A stretch of 64,000 nucleotides of DNA from Octopus vulgaris. Its lineage: Eukaryota. Location of the stretch: assembly GCA_951406725.2 (NCBI GenBank), contig OX597818.1, positions 119,908,001 to 119,972,000 on the forward strand. The letters run 5' to 3'. The notes below the pieces were generated by a model, which did no database searches, was not told the origin of the DNA, and saw nothing but the letters and a program-made list of their open reading frames with translations. Shown piece after piece: positions 49,386-62,421 of this stretch (its first letter is position 1; each line of letters starts with the position of its first letter). A program made the position numbers and the translations under genes.

Positions 49386-51117
49386 CCTTCCTCTTTACAA
49401 AAGCTATGAGCATTGAACCATTTCAGTTTGACTGAAAAGGAAATTGTTATAGCAATATTCACATGTGATGTAAGGGTAGAAGGCTGAATTAGATGCTACA
49501 ACAGCAGATGCTGGCATAGTATTGTGTTAGCTCCTGCATTAGACCCTCAGAACCTATGGGATTCCGCAAGAAAGAGGAGAGGTTGGTAAAAAAGAGCAGA
49601 TGAAATCTTCTAATTTCTTTACTACCCACAAGGGGCTACAGAGACAGACAAACAGATTAAGTTGATTACACTGACTCCAGTGTGTAACTGGTACTTAATT
49701 TATCAACCCTGAAAAGGATAAAAGGCAAAGTTGACCTCAGTATGTAACGGCAGATGAAATACCTATTTCTTTACTACCCACAAGGGGCTAAACACAGAGA
49801 GGACAAACAGATTAAGTTGATTACATTGACTCCAGTGTGTAACTGGTACTTAATTTATCAACCCCGAAAAGATAAAAGGCAAAGTTGACCTTGGTGGAAT
49901 TTGAATTCAGAACGTAACAGCAGACGAAATACGGCTACGCATTTTGCATAGCATGCTAACGTTTCTGCCACTAAGGACTTGTGATTAGAATACCACAGGA
50001 AAAGAATCACAAGATGGATTCTTCATGTTGAGCAAACTGGCAAGAGACCTAGGGGTAAACCATGAATGAATGGTTGGATAACACCCACAGTTTCAGTCGG
50101 TCTTGCTTGGGAATCCAGCTGGAAAGTCTAATGACATTGCTTCTGTTAGGACCATAAACCTGAGGGCTCTACCCAATGCTCCAAAACCCTCCCAGGAATA
50201 GTAGCAGAGGGGATGGATTGATGGATAGATGGGTGGCTAAAAATTACTAAAAGGGAAAAAAAAGAACTAAGATTTTTCTCATGAAGCCTAGTACTAATTC
50301 TATCGGTCTCTTTTGCTGAACCGCTAAGCTATGGGGACATAAACACATCACCATTGGTTGTCAAGCGATGTCGGAGGGACAAACAGACATGCAAACATAT
50401 ACACACACATACATATATATATATACACACACAACAGGCTTCTTTCAGTTTCCGTCTATCAAATCCACTCACAAGGCTTTGGTCGGCCCAATGCTATAGT
50501 AGAAGACACTTACCCAAGGTGCCACACAGTGGGAATGAACCCAGAACCATATGGTTGGTAAGCAAGCTACTTACCACACAGCCACTCCTGCACCTAGCTA
50601 CTTACCACACAGCCACTTCTATGCCTATGGTGAATTTTTTTTTACAATTACATGACAATCATCAACTTGCTTCATTTATAGAATCACTGCTTATCAATAA
50701 CTCATTCAGCACACATTGATTTTTTGTACCCTTTTATCTTTCGTTTTTGTAAAACAGAAAGAAAACTTTTAAACATACAATCACAATCACTAAGTGAACA
50801 GTCAGTTTTGGTTAACGAGACATTTCAGACATAGTCATTTCAGACACACCAAACAGGAAAAATAAAAATAAATTACAAAATAATAATAATAATAATCTTT
50901 TCTACTGTAGGCACAAGGCCTGAAATTTTGGGGGAAGGGACTAGTCAATATGATCGACTCCAGTGTACAACTTGTACTTAATTTATCGAACCTGAAAGGA
51001 TGAAAGGCGAAGTCAACCTTGACGGAATTTGAACTCAGAACGGAACAACAGGCAAAGTACTGCTAAGCATTTCGTCCAGTGTGCTAATGATTCTGCCAGC
51101 TCACCGCCTTAAGTAAT

Positions 51118-51150
<33 letters not shown>

Positions 51151-51171
51151 TATAATAATAATGAAACAAAC

Positions 51172-51277
51172 CAGCTCGGTAACTATTTCTTGAAATATGT
51201 ATTGAGAACAACAGGTCATAATAATTGTGTGAAGACAAATCAACAGATCGGGCTCGGTTCTTTAGGATAGACACCAC
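51172..51277 (-). CDS. NUP160: Nucleoporin Nup160 exon (VVSILKNRARSVDLSSHNYYDLLFSIHISRNSYRA)
   Basis: AG/GT bounded, 106 nt; RAR.VDL..HNYY motif. Confidence 0.94.
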
Positions 51278-51589
51278 CTGCAAGGACAAACGATTGTAAA
51301 ATATGAAGATCTTCAGAATAGGTAAAAGAAACTATAAAGTGATGGGTTACAATGAAATAGCAAATCAGAAGAGACTAGGGGAAGGGTTCCCATTCCTAAG
51401 GTATTTTTTTTATGTTATTATTTTTATTATTCAGGTCACACCCTACTAATCACTGCTTGTCACAATTCCATCCTGGTAACCAACCACTTGATAGAGATGG
51501 GCACCAAAACTGTCCCTCACACAACCAAGAATCAAAACCTTGCTCCCCTATAGTTTTTGATGGTTTCCCCAGCTAAAGGAGAACCTCAG

Positions 51590-51793
51590 GAGTAGTCATT
51601 TTGAAGAGATTGAGAAGACAGAGGGTCCAAAACACCATTTTGGAGGACTTCCATGAGGCCTTCATGAAGCACTAAAACAAGTGTGTTGAAGTCAGAAGGT
51701 CCTATTTTGAAAGAGATTGGATTTTTATACTTCTTTGAAATAAATAAAAGTCTCTCCTGAAAAAGTCTCAAAACTTCTGGAATGCACTTCGTA
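51590..51793 (+). mobile_element. 3' remnant of a mariner element
   Basis: Mariner-like C-terminal sequence (KCVEVR..YF) followed by a TIR-like end ...AAACTTCTGGAATGCACTTCG-TA. Confidence 0.5.
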
Positions 51794-52097
51794 GCGCTGT
51801 ACAAATTTGCAGAACCTCTTGTGTGTGTGTGTGTCTCTCTCTCTCCCAGATTTCCACATAACACAACCCCACGAGGTTGCATATGTGTATACTTCTTACT
51901 CTCCACAAGGCATTGGTCAGCTCAGAATACACACACAAGATAGTATGCACAAATAAAAAAAAAATCATTTAGAGTTTGTTAATGTTAAGTCATTTAAATA
52001 TTCAGTGAAAATCTGAAATGAGAATTTCTGTTAGCATTTAATTATTTCTGTTCACAGATTAAATAACTGAACTAGTACATTCATAGAAACACTTTAC

Positions 52098-52194
52098 CTC
52101 TTCCTGGAGATTATTATAGGGAAATCTGACCAAAATATTTAACTGCTTGCGGTCACACAACACATTCAATAACTGTCGTAGACAATCTTTACAG
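52098..52194 (-). CDS. NUP160: Nucleoporin Nup160 exon (CKDCLRQLLNVLCDRKQLNILVRFPYNNLQEE)
   Basis: AG/GT bounded, 97 nt; DCLRQL..VLC.R and FPY motifs. Confidence 0.95.
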
Positions 52195-52317
52195 CTGGAA
52201 ACAAAAAGATGAAAACAGCAAAGTTATAATATAACATGTTAATAGTTCAGCAGCAGCAGCCACCACTGAGTTCAAAGCAACATTTACAGTTATAAATACA
52301 TTGTTTTTATCAAGTAA

Positions 52318-52701
52318 CTAGCAGTATAGCCTGGCATTGCTCAGGTTTGTTTTCTGTTCGACCCTTTAGAATTAGAATTTTTGAAAAGTAAAAATTTTGC
52401 ATTATGTAGCTTGTTATTCTCTTTAAGTGAACATTTTTCTGGTTGAAATACACCAAAAAATGGTGACACAGCAGTCAAAAAATAGGAATTTTCATAGAAA
52501 AAAAGCACCTCTTTAATGTAAATAATTTTTGGTCTTAACATGGTCCGATTTGAATTTTTTTCTTCTACAGAATGAAGAGCAAGCCTTCTATCATACTCTC
52601 AATTTTGGTCAACTTGTGCCGTAGGGTCTCGGAGGAAATAGTGTCAGTTGAAGGCTACCAAACCTGCCACACACAGACAACTTCAGCTTTATATATAAAG
52701 A
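52318..52701 (-). mobile_element. Non-autonomous Helitron
   Basis: Minus strand starts A|TCTTTATATATAAAG and ends in hairpin CCTGAGCAATGCCAGG then CTAG|T; no TSD. Confidence 0.75.
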
Positions 52702-53804
52702 TTATCAAAGCCCATAACTTAGTATATTCAGAAATGTTGCTCTTTAGACACTTAAGCAATTTGAGGAAGGTGTTGATACTACAATCCTCACTCGAGAGTC
52801 AAACTTGAGTAACCCAAGCCAATGAGTGCTTCAAAAAAAAGTTACTTAAACTGCTGGAAAGAGCAGCTATATCTCATTCCAGACCATACTATCTTAAAAA
52901 AGGAGAATGAGCACACAGAACAATCCTCGAAACAGGAAAATACAAGATGGCCATGGAATACCTTTGATTATGTCTGCTTGATCAAGGATGAGTCAGGGTT
53001 ATACAACCAAAGCAAGTCGGATTACAAATTTTATGATGTTATTGGTTTAGCAAACTCTATTTTAAATATTGTTTCTTTTATTTATTTTTAAGGATTTTCA
53101 CTGTAGTTACTCAATAAGACTGTCTCTGCATTTTCTCTTTTAAATAAACACTATCAAAATTCCCTGATTTATTAATTAAGGGCAAATACCAGGTAAAGGA
53201 TGGCCAAATCAATAAGGTCTCATAAGGCTGGACCTTTACCCAGTTTCTTATTTCTTCACTACCCACAAGGGGCTACACACAGAGGGGACAAACAAGGACA
53301 GACAAACGGATTAAGTCGATTAGGTTACAGAATTAACACAGGTTATAGGATTATAAACCTTCTTCCATGAAAAGATAGCTTAAACTGTACTCTAAATGGA
53401 GGTGTAGTCAAATCCTATTTTATGGACTCAACCATGTTCTAAAATAAGTCAAAAAGTAAGCTGCTATAAATCGGCATGGACTTTCCAGACAACCCAATAC
53501 TTTGTGCTAATGATTCTGCCTGCTCAGCACCTTACATCATCATTTAGCGTCCGCTTTCCATGCTAGCATGGGTTGGACGGGTCAACTGGGGTCTGTGAAG
53601 CTGGAAGGCTTCGTCAGGCCCAGTCAGATCTGGCAGTGTTTCTACGGCTGGATGCCCTTCCTAACGCCAACCAAGCAAATGAATAGACCAGCTATCTAGA
53701 AACAATACTTTACACAACAAAATCTGTATTGAAAGAAAATGGGTATGAAACAGATAAATATAATAAGACATATTTGAAATAAAAAAAAAAGCATTGATGA
53801 ATAC

Positions 53805-53899
53805 CTGGAGGGATCTGGATTGGTAACCATAGCATTATAGGCTTTCTCGTAATGTCCTAATTCTAAATGATATTTAAATACTTTTAGATACAACGTTGC
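53805..53899 (-). CDS. NUP160: Nucleoporin Nup160 exon (ATLYLKVFKYHLELGHYEKAYNAMVTNPDPS)
   Basis: AG/GT bounded, 95 nt; FK.HL.LGH...AY motif. Confidence 0.94.
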
Positions 53900-54594
53900 C
53901 TGAAAGCAGAATGAAAATTTAGGTGAGGTAAACATGTCTGGATAGAGTGTACATTAAGTTAAAAGATATTTAGAGATACCTATTTCTTTACTACCCACAA
54001 GGGGCTAAACACAGAGGGGACGAACAAGGAGAGACAAACGGATTAAGTCGATTACATCGACCCCAGTGCGTAACTGGTACTTAATTTATCGACCCCCAAA
54101 AGGATGAAAGACAAAGTTGACCTCGGCGGAATTTGAACTCATAATGTAGGAGCAGACGAAATACAGCTAAGCATTTCGACCAGAGTGCTAACGATTCTGC
54201 CAGCTCGCTAGTCTGTTTACTAAATCCACTCAAAAGGCACTGGTTAACTGAAGCTATGGTAGAAGACAGCCAAGGAGTCATGCAGTGAGATAAAATTATA
54301 TGCTAATAGAAAATAAAAACCACACAACCATGCATGTGCCTTTTGATACAAATAATTTTTTTTAAAAACAGTCAGTCAAGAAAGCTAAGGTATGAAACCA
54401 GGTCCAAGGTACCAAAAAGGTTGGAGACTGCTGTTTGAAAGGATTCACATCCAATCACCCTTGCACTGTTTTATCACTGTCAACTCCACCTTTTTCAAAT
54501 CAGCATTTATATACCTTCCAACTGTTTATTCAATTCTTCTATAATCTTATTCTCTTTATCATCACAATAATACATCTCTCACTTTTTTTGTTTC

Positions 54595-54646
<52 letters not shown>

Positions 54647-54650
<4 letters not shown>

Positions 54651-54940
54651 AGGCACAGTGGCCCAGTGGTTAGGGCAGCGGACTCGCGGTCAGAGGATCG
54701 CGGTTTCAATTCTCAGACAGGGCGTTGTGTGTGTGTATTGAGTGAAAACACCTAAAAGACCCACGAGGCTCTGGCAGTGGGTAGTAGCGACCCCTGTTGT
54801 ACTCTTTCGCCACAACTGTTTCTCACTCTCTCTTCCTGTTTCTTGAGTAACGCTGCGATGGATTGGCATCTCATCCAGCTGGGGTGAACAGTAACCAGGA
54901 AACCGGGCCCATGAGCCTCGCTAGGCTTGAAAAGGGGCAA
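54647..54940 (+). mobile_element. Family C SINE (tail variant 2)
   Basis: Colinear with 34842-35140. Confidence 0.85.
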
Positions 54941-55044
54941 CGTTTATTGTTTTTATATGTGTGTGTCGTGAGAGAACAAATAACATTACAAAATGATCAG
55001 ATGATGTCAAATCTTACAAACAGTAAACACGAGAAACCACTTAC

Positions 55045-55140
55045 TATATTAGGATCAGATTCACTGGCAATGCATATTGCTTCTTCTGCGAGTGAAATTA
55101 CTATATGTGGATGTTGAAAATGTTCAAACTGGTTAATAAC
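55045..55140 (-). CDS. NUP160: Nucleoporin Nup160 exon (VINQFEHFQHPHIVISLAEEAICIASESDPNI)
   Basis: AG/GTAAGT bounded, 96 nt, phase 0 at both ends. Confidence 0.9.
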
Positions 55141-56518
55141 CTGCACAAATGGAATCAAAACAAGAATCTCCAGAGTGAATTTTTCCAAGAAAATAAAACA
55201 TCAAATATTTAGAATACAGATTAACCCTTTAGCAATCACTTTATTTTGGCAAAAGCAATTCTTATTTATCTACATAGTTTTGAATTAATCATGCATTATT
55301 TTGTAACTTTGGGAGTTTGTATGAGGTAACAGTTAATTTTTAGAATGATAATGTAGGGTTGGTGAGAGAGGCCAGGTATCTCCATTTTGAGCATAAAACA
55401 GGTAGAATATTTTGGCCGGATATGGCCGGTTTGAATGCTAAAGGGTTAAAAATTTTTTTTAAATCTGCCAATTAGTCATTTTTCTTTTGGATGCACTGAA
55501 GAATATTTGTGTTCATTCGTAGCAGTAACACGATCTTAGATGTTTAAGTCTAACATGGATCTTATTCAGCTTTAATTGTAGAGGGTCAGCAGCTGATATG
55601 CGATGAAGTATTTTCTGGCTCTAAAGAAGAATCTAAGTCTTTGAGGTACAGTTTAGGTAATGTTATGTATTTCTTTGGAAATCTCTGCACAAGAGAAACC
55701 ACCAGAGATGGTGAGGCTCAGCACTTGGAGTAACTTCAGTATTTACAATGATTTCACCAATCCAAACACCACCACCACCATCGCAATTGTCTTCCTTTCT
55801 GTGCTTGCATGGGTCAGGTGACATTATGAAGTGTTACATTTTCCTGTGTTTAGATATTCTTCTTGTTACCAACAATTTACCCGTTTCCAAGCAGGGTAAC
55901 ATTAGCTTACCAAACAACAACCATTCCAGACATGTTTCCATGGAGAACTACAAATACGTGATACTGTTTTGTATGAATGGTGATCTATGCGTGAAGACAA
56001 GGAGAGCATACACACCAACCCGTAAAAAGCATCCAGCACACTGTTAAATGGTTGGCATTAGGAAGGGTATCCACAGCAGACACTGGAGTTTGGTACAGCC
56101 CTCTGGTTCATCAGTTCACACTGAACTGTCCAACCCATGCCAGCATGGCAAAGGGGAAGTTAAATGATGATCACACACACGTGACAGGCTTCTCCAAATT
56201 TCTCTCTACCAAATTTCATTCACAAGGTATTTGTTCACTTGAAGCTCCAGTAAAAGGCCTAGCCAACAGTGTTCATACAATGGCAATAAACCCAAAACCA
56301 CATGGCTTTATCTGTGCAAAAAAGTATTCACACAAATACTGCAACATCTCTTTTCAGTTCACAGATTTGAATTTTGGAGAAATCAAAATCAAACGAGACA
56401 GACATTATGGAATCCTCAAATGGCAAACATCGAAATGCAGTAAGAATTACAAATTCAAGTTTCAAAAAAAAACATAAAACTACTGAAACCTTTTCAAAAG
56501 TATCAAATTTCTTCTTAC

Positions 56519-56657
56519 CTTGAGGTAATAGTTTACTTCCATCATTGGAATATTCATATCGTCATTAATTTGCAACAGTTTGCGTACCAAAAATGGTTCC
56601 CCGTTATTTAATCCTTCGGCTGCTTCAACAAATGACTGTGCAGCCTTGTAGGGTTCG
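56519..56657 (-). CDS. NUP160: Nucleoporin Nup160 exon (EPYKAAQSFVEAAEG...EPFL...YYLK)
   Basis: AG/GTAAGA bounded, 139 nt, phase-consistent. Confidence 0.9.
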
Positions 56658-57577
56658 CTGTAATTACAATTTATTATTACTATTATTATTATTGTTGTTG
56701 CTGTGGTGGTGGTTGTTGTTTTAATTATTATTATTGTTATTATTGTATTGTTGTTGTGGTTGTTTTAATTATTATCATTATTATTGTTATTATTATTATT
56801 ATTATTATTGTTGTTGTTGTTGTTGTGGTGGTTGGTTTAATTATTATTATTATTATGATGATGATGATGATAATGACAGCGAGCTGGCAGATTCGTTAGC
56901 ATGCCAGGTGAAATACTTAGCGGTATTTCATCTGCCGCAACGTTCTGAGTTCAAATTCCACCGAGGTCAACTTTGCCTTTCATCCTTTTGGGGTCGATTA
57001 AATAAGTACCAGTTACACACTGGGGTCAATATAATCGACTTAATCCATTGTCCCCTCTGTGTTTAGCCCCGTGTGGGTAGTAAAGAAATAGGTATTTCGT
57101 CTGTTGCCACATTCTGAGTTAAAATTTCACCGAGGTCAACTTTGCCTTTCATCCTTTTGGGGTCAATGAAATAAGTACCAGTTACACACTGGGGTCAATA
57201 TAATTGACTTAATCTTGTCCTCCAAGCTGCCCTTGTGGCAAAAATTTGAAATCATCATCAACATTATTATATGCCTTACTGGTACTTGTGCCAGTGGCAC
57301 GTGAAAAAACATTCAAGCAAGGTCATTGCCAGTGCCGCTGGACTGGCTCCTGTGCAGGTGGCATGTAAAAAACACCATTTGAGCGTGGCCGTTGCTAGTA
57401 CCGCCTGACTGGCCCTCGTGCCAGTGGCACGTAAAAGCACCTACTACACTCTAGTCGTTGTTAGTGTGTTTACCTTATTTGATTGTAGTAAATTCTTGTA
57501 TCATCAATGAATTAAATAATGGCTGGTAATTAATTACTAAAAGAAAGAAAAAAAAAATAGCAATTAAAATTACTAAC

Positions 57578-57733
57578 TTGAAATAAAGGTATGCTTGTCC
57601 AAGGAGGAATTTCCTTGAATGTTCATTCTTGGGGCACCACGAAGACAACATACGCACATATTCCTGTAGGTGGAGGTACTGGCAGTGTCCGACAAGGAAC
57701 TCGGGGAATAAGAAACTAAAACTGTCAGGCCAT
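57578..57733 (-). CDS. NUP160: Nucleoporin Nup160 exon (WPDSFSFLFPEFLVGHCQYLHLQEYVRMLSSWC...FLLGQAYL)
   Basis: 156 nt; LWP...CQY..LQ.Y...WC motifs; preceded by a U12-type branch point. Confidence 0.93.
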
Positions 57734-59741
57734 CTAGTGGAAAAATGTTAAGGATTGAAAACAAATTTATAAAAATGATTCCCACTGGCAAGGCAGCTGA
57801 CAAAAATACCTTGTGATATTTAGTTACAACCATTTATGTTCTGAGTTCAAATCTTTCCCAGGACTATTTTACTCTCCCTCTTTCCAAGAATAAGTAACAG
57901 AAACTGTACTGCAGTGAAAAACTTGAAAAGAATGTTCTGGTACAGAGACCAATAAAAAATACAAACCCAAGCAACATAACAAAGTAGTGCCATAGACATC
58001 ATTGCAATCAAACAGTAGAAAGGCGGCAAGCTGGCAGAAACATTAGCACGCCAGGCGAAATGCTTAGCGGTATTTTGTCTGACGTTACATTCTGAGTTCA
58101 AATCCCGCTGAGGTCGACTTTGCCTTTTATCCTTTCGGGGTCGATAAGTTAAGTACCAGTTACGCACTGGGTCGATGTAATCGACTCAATCCCTTTGTCT
58201 GTCCTTGTTTGTCCCCTCTATGCGTTTAGCCCCTTGTGGGCAATAAAGAAATATGTAGAAATATGTTACAGATTAATAAGCTCAATTTTCTCATCTCAAA
58301 AAGTATTTTGATATTTGCAACAACAGTTGTAAATGCAGAACAAGTAATCCCTCACCATATCATGGTTCACCTACAACAGTTTATTATTTAAGCTTACATC
58401 AATTCCTCTATGGTGTTGTTTTACATTTATAATAAAATAAATATATACAAATTATAAAATTTTTAAAAATATACAGTACAATACTGCTTCTACTTCGCAG
58501 ATTTTCACCTACAGGGATTACTGTACACCATTGATTTTTCTGCAACAGACTGTCAGTCATCTCTTAATCTAGATAAATTATGAAGGTAACATGAAATTTC
58601 TGTGGCCACCAATCTAGCTCACTGCGCAACCACAGGGAAAATTGTGTGTACAGTGTGTTTACACTGCCCTTGGTGGTGGTGATGTCGAAATTCTGCTTAT
58701 TTTGCTTAAAGTTACATTATTTACATTCGAAGGATATTTGCCTTCATCTTGTTTGTTGTTAACACAACGTTTCAGCTGATATACTCTCCAGCCTTCTTCA
58801 GATGTCTTGGGGAAATTTAGAACCTGGGTTCTCATTCCTAAGGTATTTTTCGATGTTATTATTATTATTATTGTTATCGTTCAGGTCACTGCTTGGAATC
58901 GAACTCAGAATCTTGGGGTTAGTAGCCACGCTCTTAACCACTATGCCATATGGCGTAGTGGTTAAGAACATCCTCCTCATATGGCATAGTGGTTAAGAGC
59001 GTGGGCTACTAACCCCAAGATTCTGAGTTCGATTCCAAGCTGTGACCTGAACAATAACAATAACATCGAAAAATACCATAAGAATGAGAACTCAGGTTCA
59101 AAATTTCCCCAAGACACCTGAAGAAGGCTGGAGGGCATATCAGCTGAAACATTGTGTTAACAACTAACAAGATGAGGACAAATATCCATCAAATGTAAAT
59201 AATGTACACAATTCCTCATCTCTTAAATATAGAACTGTATTGCTTAAAGTTACCCTAAGCTATAGTTACTGCAAGTAAGAGAACTGAGGGCCCTCAATGA
59301 TAAAGTCAAACATATAAGCACTAATCCATATCAATCCAAGATAAAATAGAACTGTTGAAAAAAATTAGCCTGTATTTGCTAAAACCTTTAGCATTTAAAC
59401 CAACCATATTTGGCCCAAAGATTATATCTGTTTATGTTCAAACTGGCCAGAACTGGTCTCTTACATCTACCCTACAATGTCATTCTAAAAGTAAAAAATC
59501 ATATCATTGGCATCTTGAACCTATGAGAAAATGCCTGATTAATTCAAAACAATGTGAATAAATAAGCATTGCATTTGACAGAGCGATCTGAATGCTAAAG
59601 GGTTAATTTAAGTTTCTAGAGGTCCATGATACTTTAGACCCAAGTGGGGCAGGGGATAATGTGTAACATGCACAGTGAACAATATACAAATTAAACAAAA
59701 GGTCAATGACGTAACAAAGACATTTCTTTTGAAAAGGATAC
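57734..59741 (-). other. U12-type (minor spliceosome) GT-AG intron
   Basis: 5' splice site GTATCCTTTT (59741-59732); branch point TCCTTAAC (57754-57747) about 13 nt upstream of the AG. Splicing restores the LLWP frame. Confidence 0.9.
58716..59239. mobile_element. Fold-back retroelement: two inverted copies of a tRNA-headed unit carrying a hammerhead motif, with a 14-bp TSD
   Basis: TSD TTGCTTAAAGTTAC at 58702-58715 and 59240-59253; arms 58716-58952 (-) and 58978-59239 (+); A/B-box head; CTGAAGA...GAAAC(G/A)TT core. Confidence 0.85.
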
Positions 59742-59898
59742 AAAAGTTTGGCTAAAATTTTGATGATAGGAATTAAAGAATTTATCCACAGAGTAGGGAC
59801 CTCCTCGTTCAACATTTTACTATTGATTAACGTCGTCCGCACTTGAAGACCACCGATTCCTCGTAGAAAAAGTTCTGCCAATGTCAGGGAGGGTTGGC
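59742..59898 (-). CDS. NUP160: Nucleoporin Nup160 exon (QPSLTLAELFLRGIGG...IIKILAKLL)
   Basis: AG acceptor, U12 donor, 157 nt, phase-consistent. Confidence 0.88.
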
Positions 59899-60144
59899 CT
59901 TTTGAGAGAAATAACAACAATGAAATTAAAAACATACAATAATAATAAATGATATGAGTCAGGGTATTTCATTTACAGAATCAAAAGTTCCCACTGAGAT
60001 TACCAAATGTTTACCTTAAGTATTACAATCTAACGAGCAAACTGATTTAATTGTTACATATTTTTAGCTTATAATGAGTGCCATCATGTAATTTGCTCCC
60101 AATGAACAGAGTCTGTAATTCAGATGTAATTTCAAATCAATCTA

Positions 60145-60710
60145 TTGGGTTGTTCGGAAAGTTCGTGCCGAATTTTAAAGAAAAGAAAAAGGTCAATAAA
60201 TACTTGCCATTACATTTTTAATCAACCAAATATGAACCATTTTGTTGCACAATGCGTCTGCATATTTCCTTTAAATTGAAAATACCCTCTCCCCAGAATT
60301 GAGGTGGTTTCATGGCAAAGAATTCATCAAGGTATCTTTTTATGTCATCCAAGGAATTGAAATTTTTACCATTAAGACTATTCTACGAAGACCTAAATAA
60401 GTGGAAATCCAAAGGAGCAATATCTGGTGAATATGGAGAGTGGGGTAACACATCCCAGCCGAGCTGCAGCAATTTTTGTCTGGTTCCCAAAGCATCAAGT
60501 GCCGAAAATGAACTTTCTTATCTTCCATTTTAAAGGGTTGCAGAATTAACACAGGTTATAGGAACATAAACCTTCTTCCACGAAAAGATAGCTTAAACTG
60601 TGCACTAAATGGAGGTGTGGTCAAATCCTATTTTATGGACTCAACCATGTTTTAAAATAAGTCAAAAGGTAAGCTACTATAAATCGGCACAAGCTTTCTG
60701 GACAACCCAA
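60145..60710 (-). mobile_element. Internally deleted mariner element
   Basis: TA-flanked TIRs TTGGGTTGTTCGGAAAGTTCGTGCCGA / TCGGCACAAGCTTTCTGGACAACCCAA. Minus strand [14 protein letters not shown] fused to [15 protein letters not shown] partial sister copy lies at about 53325-53498. Confidence 0.9.
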
Positions 60711-61764
60711 TATTTTTTATTAGCTCTTCTAATGGCCATGGCAAAAGCAGGAATGTTGCAACTCCAATTTCACCACCACTGAAAGCCAATAAACTTCAAC
60801 CATCTATGATAAAGTAAATGAACATTTGCTGTACTGGAAAATAACATATTTTGAAGAATTCTTCATTTTTTTTTTATTACTCAGCTACAGTTTGCTACTT
60901 GTCACGAAATAATTCTGCATTTAACTATTTAACCCTTTTGCATTCAAATCAGCCATAACCAGCCAAAATATTAAATCTGTTTATGTTCAAACTGGTCAGA
61001 TCTGGCATCTTACACTTACCCTACAATGTCATTCTAAAAATATATAAAAATAGCATTGAAATCTCGAAACTATGAGACAATGCATGATTAATTCAAAATA
61101 ATGTAAATAAATAAGTGTTACAGTTGACAAAAAAAATAACCTGAATGCTGGTTGATGCCAGTGCTAGCTGACTGGGGTCAATGCCAGTGCTGGCTGACCG
61201 GTCCCTGTGATGGTGGCACGTAAAAAGCACCATTCAAGTGTGGTCGATGCCAGTACTGCCAGACTGGCCCTCGTGCAGGTGGCACATAAGAATGCATCCA
61301 CTACACTCTTGGAGTGGTTGGCGTTAGGTAGGACATCAAGCTGTAGAAACCTTGCCAGATCAGATTGGAGCCTGGTGCAGCCTTCTCGCTTGCCAGCCCT
61401 CAGTCAAACCATCCAACCCATGCCAGCATAGAAAGCGGATGTTAAACGTTGATGATGATAACTGAAGGCAATTTTATTTACTTCCTCCATAAACTACAGT
61501 TCCCATTGGTCAAACTCATTCAGAACACATAATATCTGAACACCATCTTGGCATCTTGGAACACAAATCAGATCATGTGTGTTTTAAATAAACATTATCC
61601 AAGGTGGCTTTCAAAAACCAAAATAAGATAAATTGACCCTTAATCTTAAGAAAAGCTTATTCTGTCAATGATTTCAGTCTTTGGTTACATATACAAACAT
61701 TTGAGTAATTTATAAGAAGAATTTAAAACAAAAACGTTATAGCAGCCCCAGCCCACCCAAAGTA

Positions 61765-62163
61765 CCTAGGATCGTAGGGCGACCTGCTATGCTTGAGGAG
61801 ACCTATCGAGTTAAGTACATCAACATCAAATAAAAATCAAATGGAAATTGTAGTTGGGATACTCGTGCCGGTGGCATATAAAAAGCACCATCTGAACGTG
61901 GCCAACGCCAGCGCCACCTTGACTGGCTTCCATGCTGGTGGCACGTAAAAAGCACCAACCAATCATGGCCGTTGCCAGCCTCCCCTGGCACGTAAAAAGC
62001 ACCCACTACACTCACGGAGTGGTTGGCATTAGGAAGGGCATCCAGCTGTAGAAACACTGCCAGATCAGACTGGAGCCTGGTGCAGCCTCCTGGCTTCCCA
62101 GACCCAGGTCGAACAGTCCAAACCATGCTAGCATGGAAAATGGACGTTAAAAGATGATGATGA
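61765..62163 (+). mobile_element. Family D retroposon, long copy
   Basis: Internal tandem units followed by the GGAAGGGCATCCAGCTGTAGAAAC block and (TGA)n tail. Confidence 0.8.
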
Positions 62164-62421
62164 CATTCAGCAGGTATAACTGAGCTCTTAAACAGAGCAT
62201 TTTCCTTATTTCACCTCTCACTATACCCAACAAAACAAATTCAATCTTCAGATGTCTTCTTACATTTTCATATGTCCACACTTACCTCAAATTGTCGTAG
62301 TTGGCTATTAGATTTATACAAAGGGGTTTCCAATTTCAAAGCATAAAAAGGACCACATAAGAACATTAAAAAGGAAAGGAACACACTTCAATAATTGAAC
62401 ATCAAGAATGCTGGCACTGAC

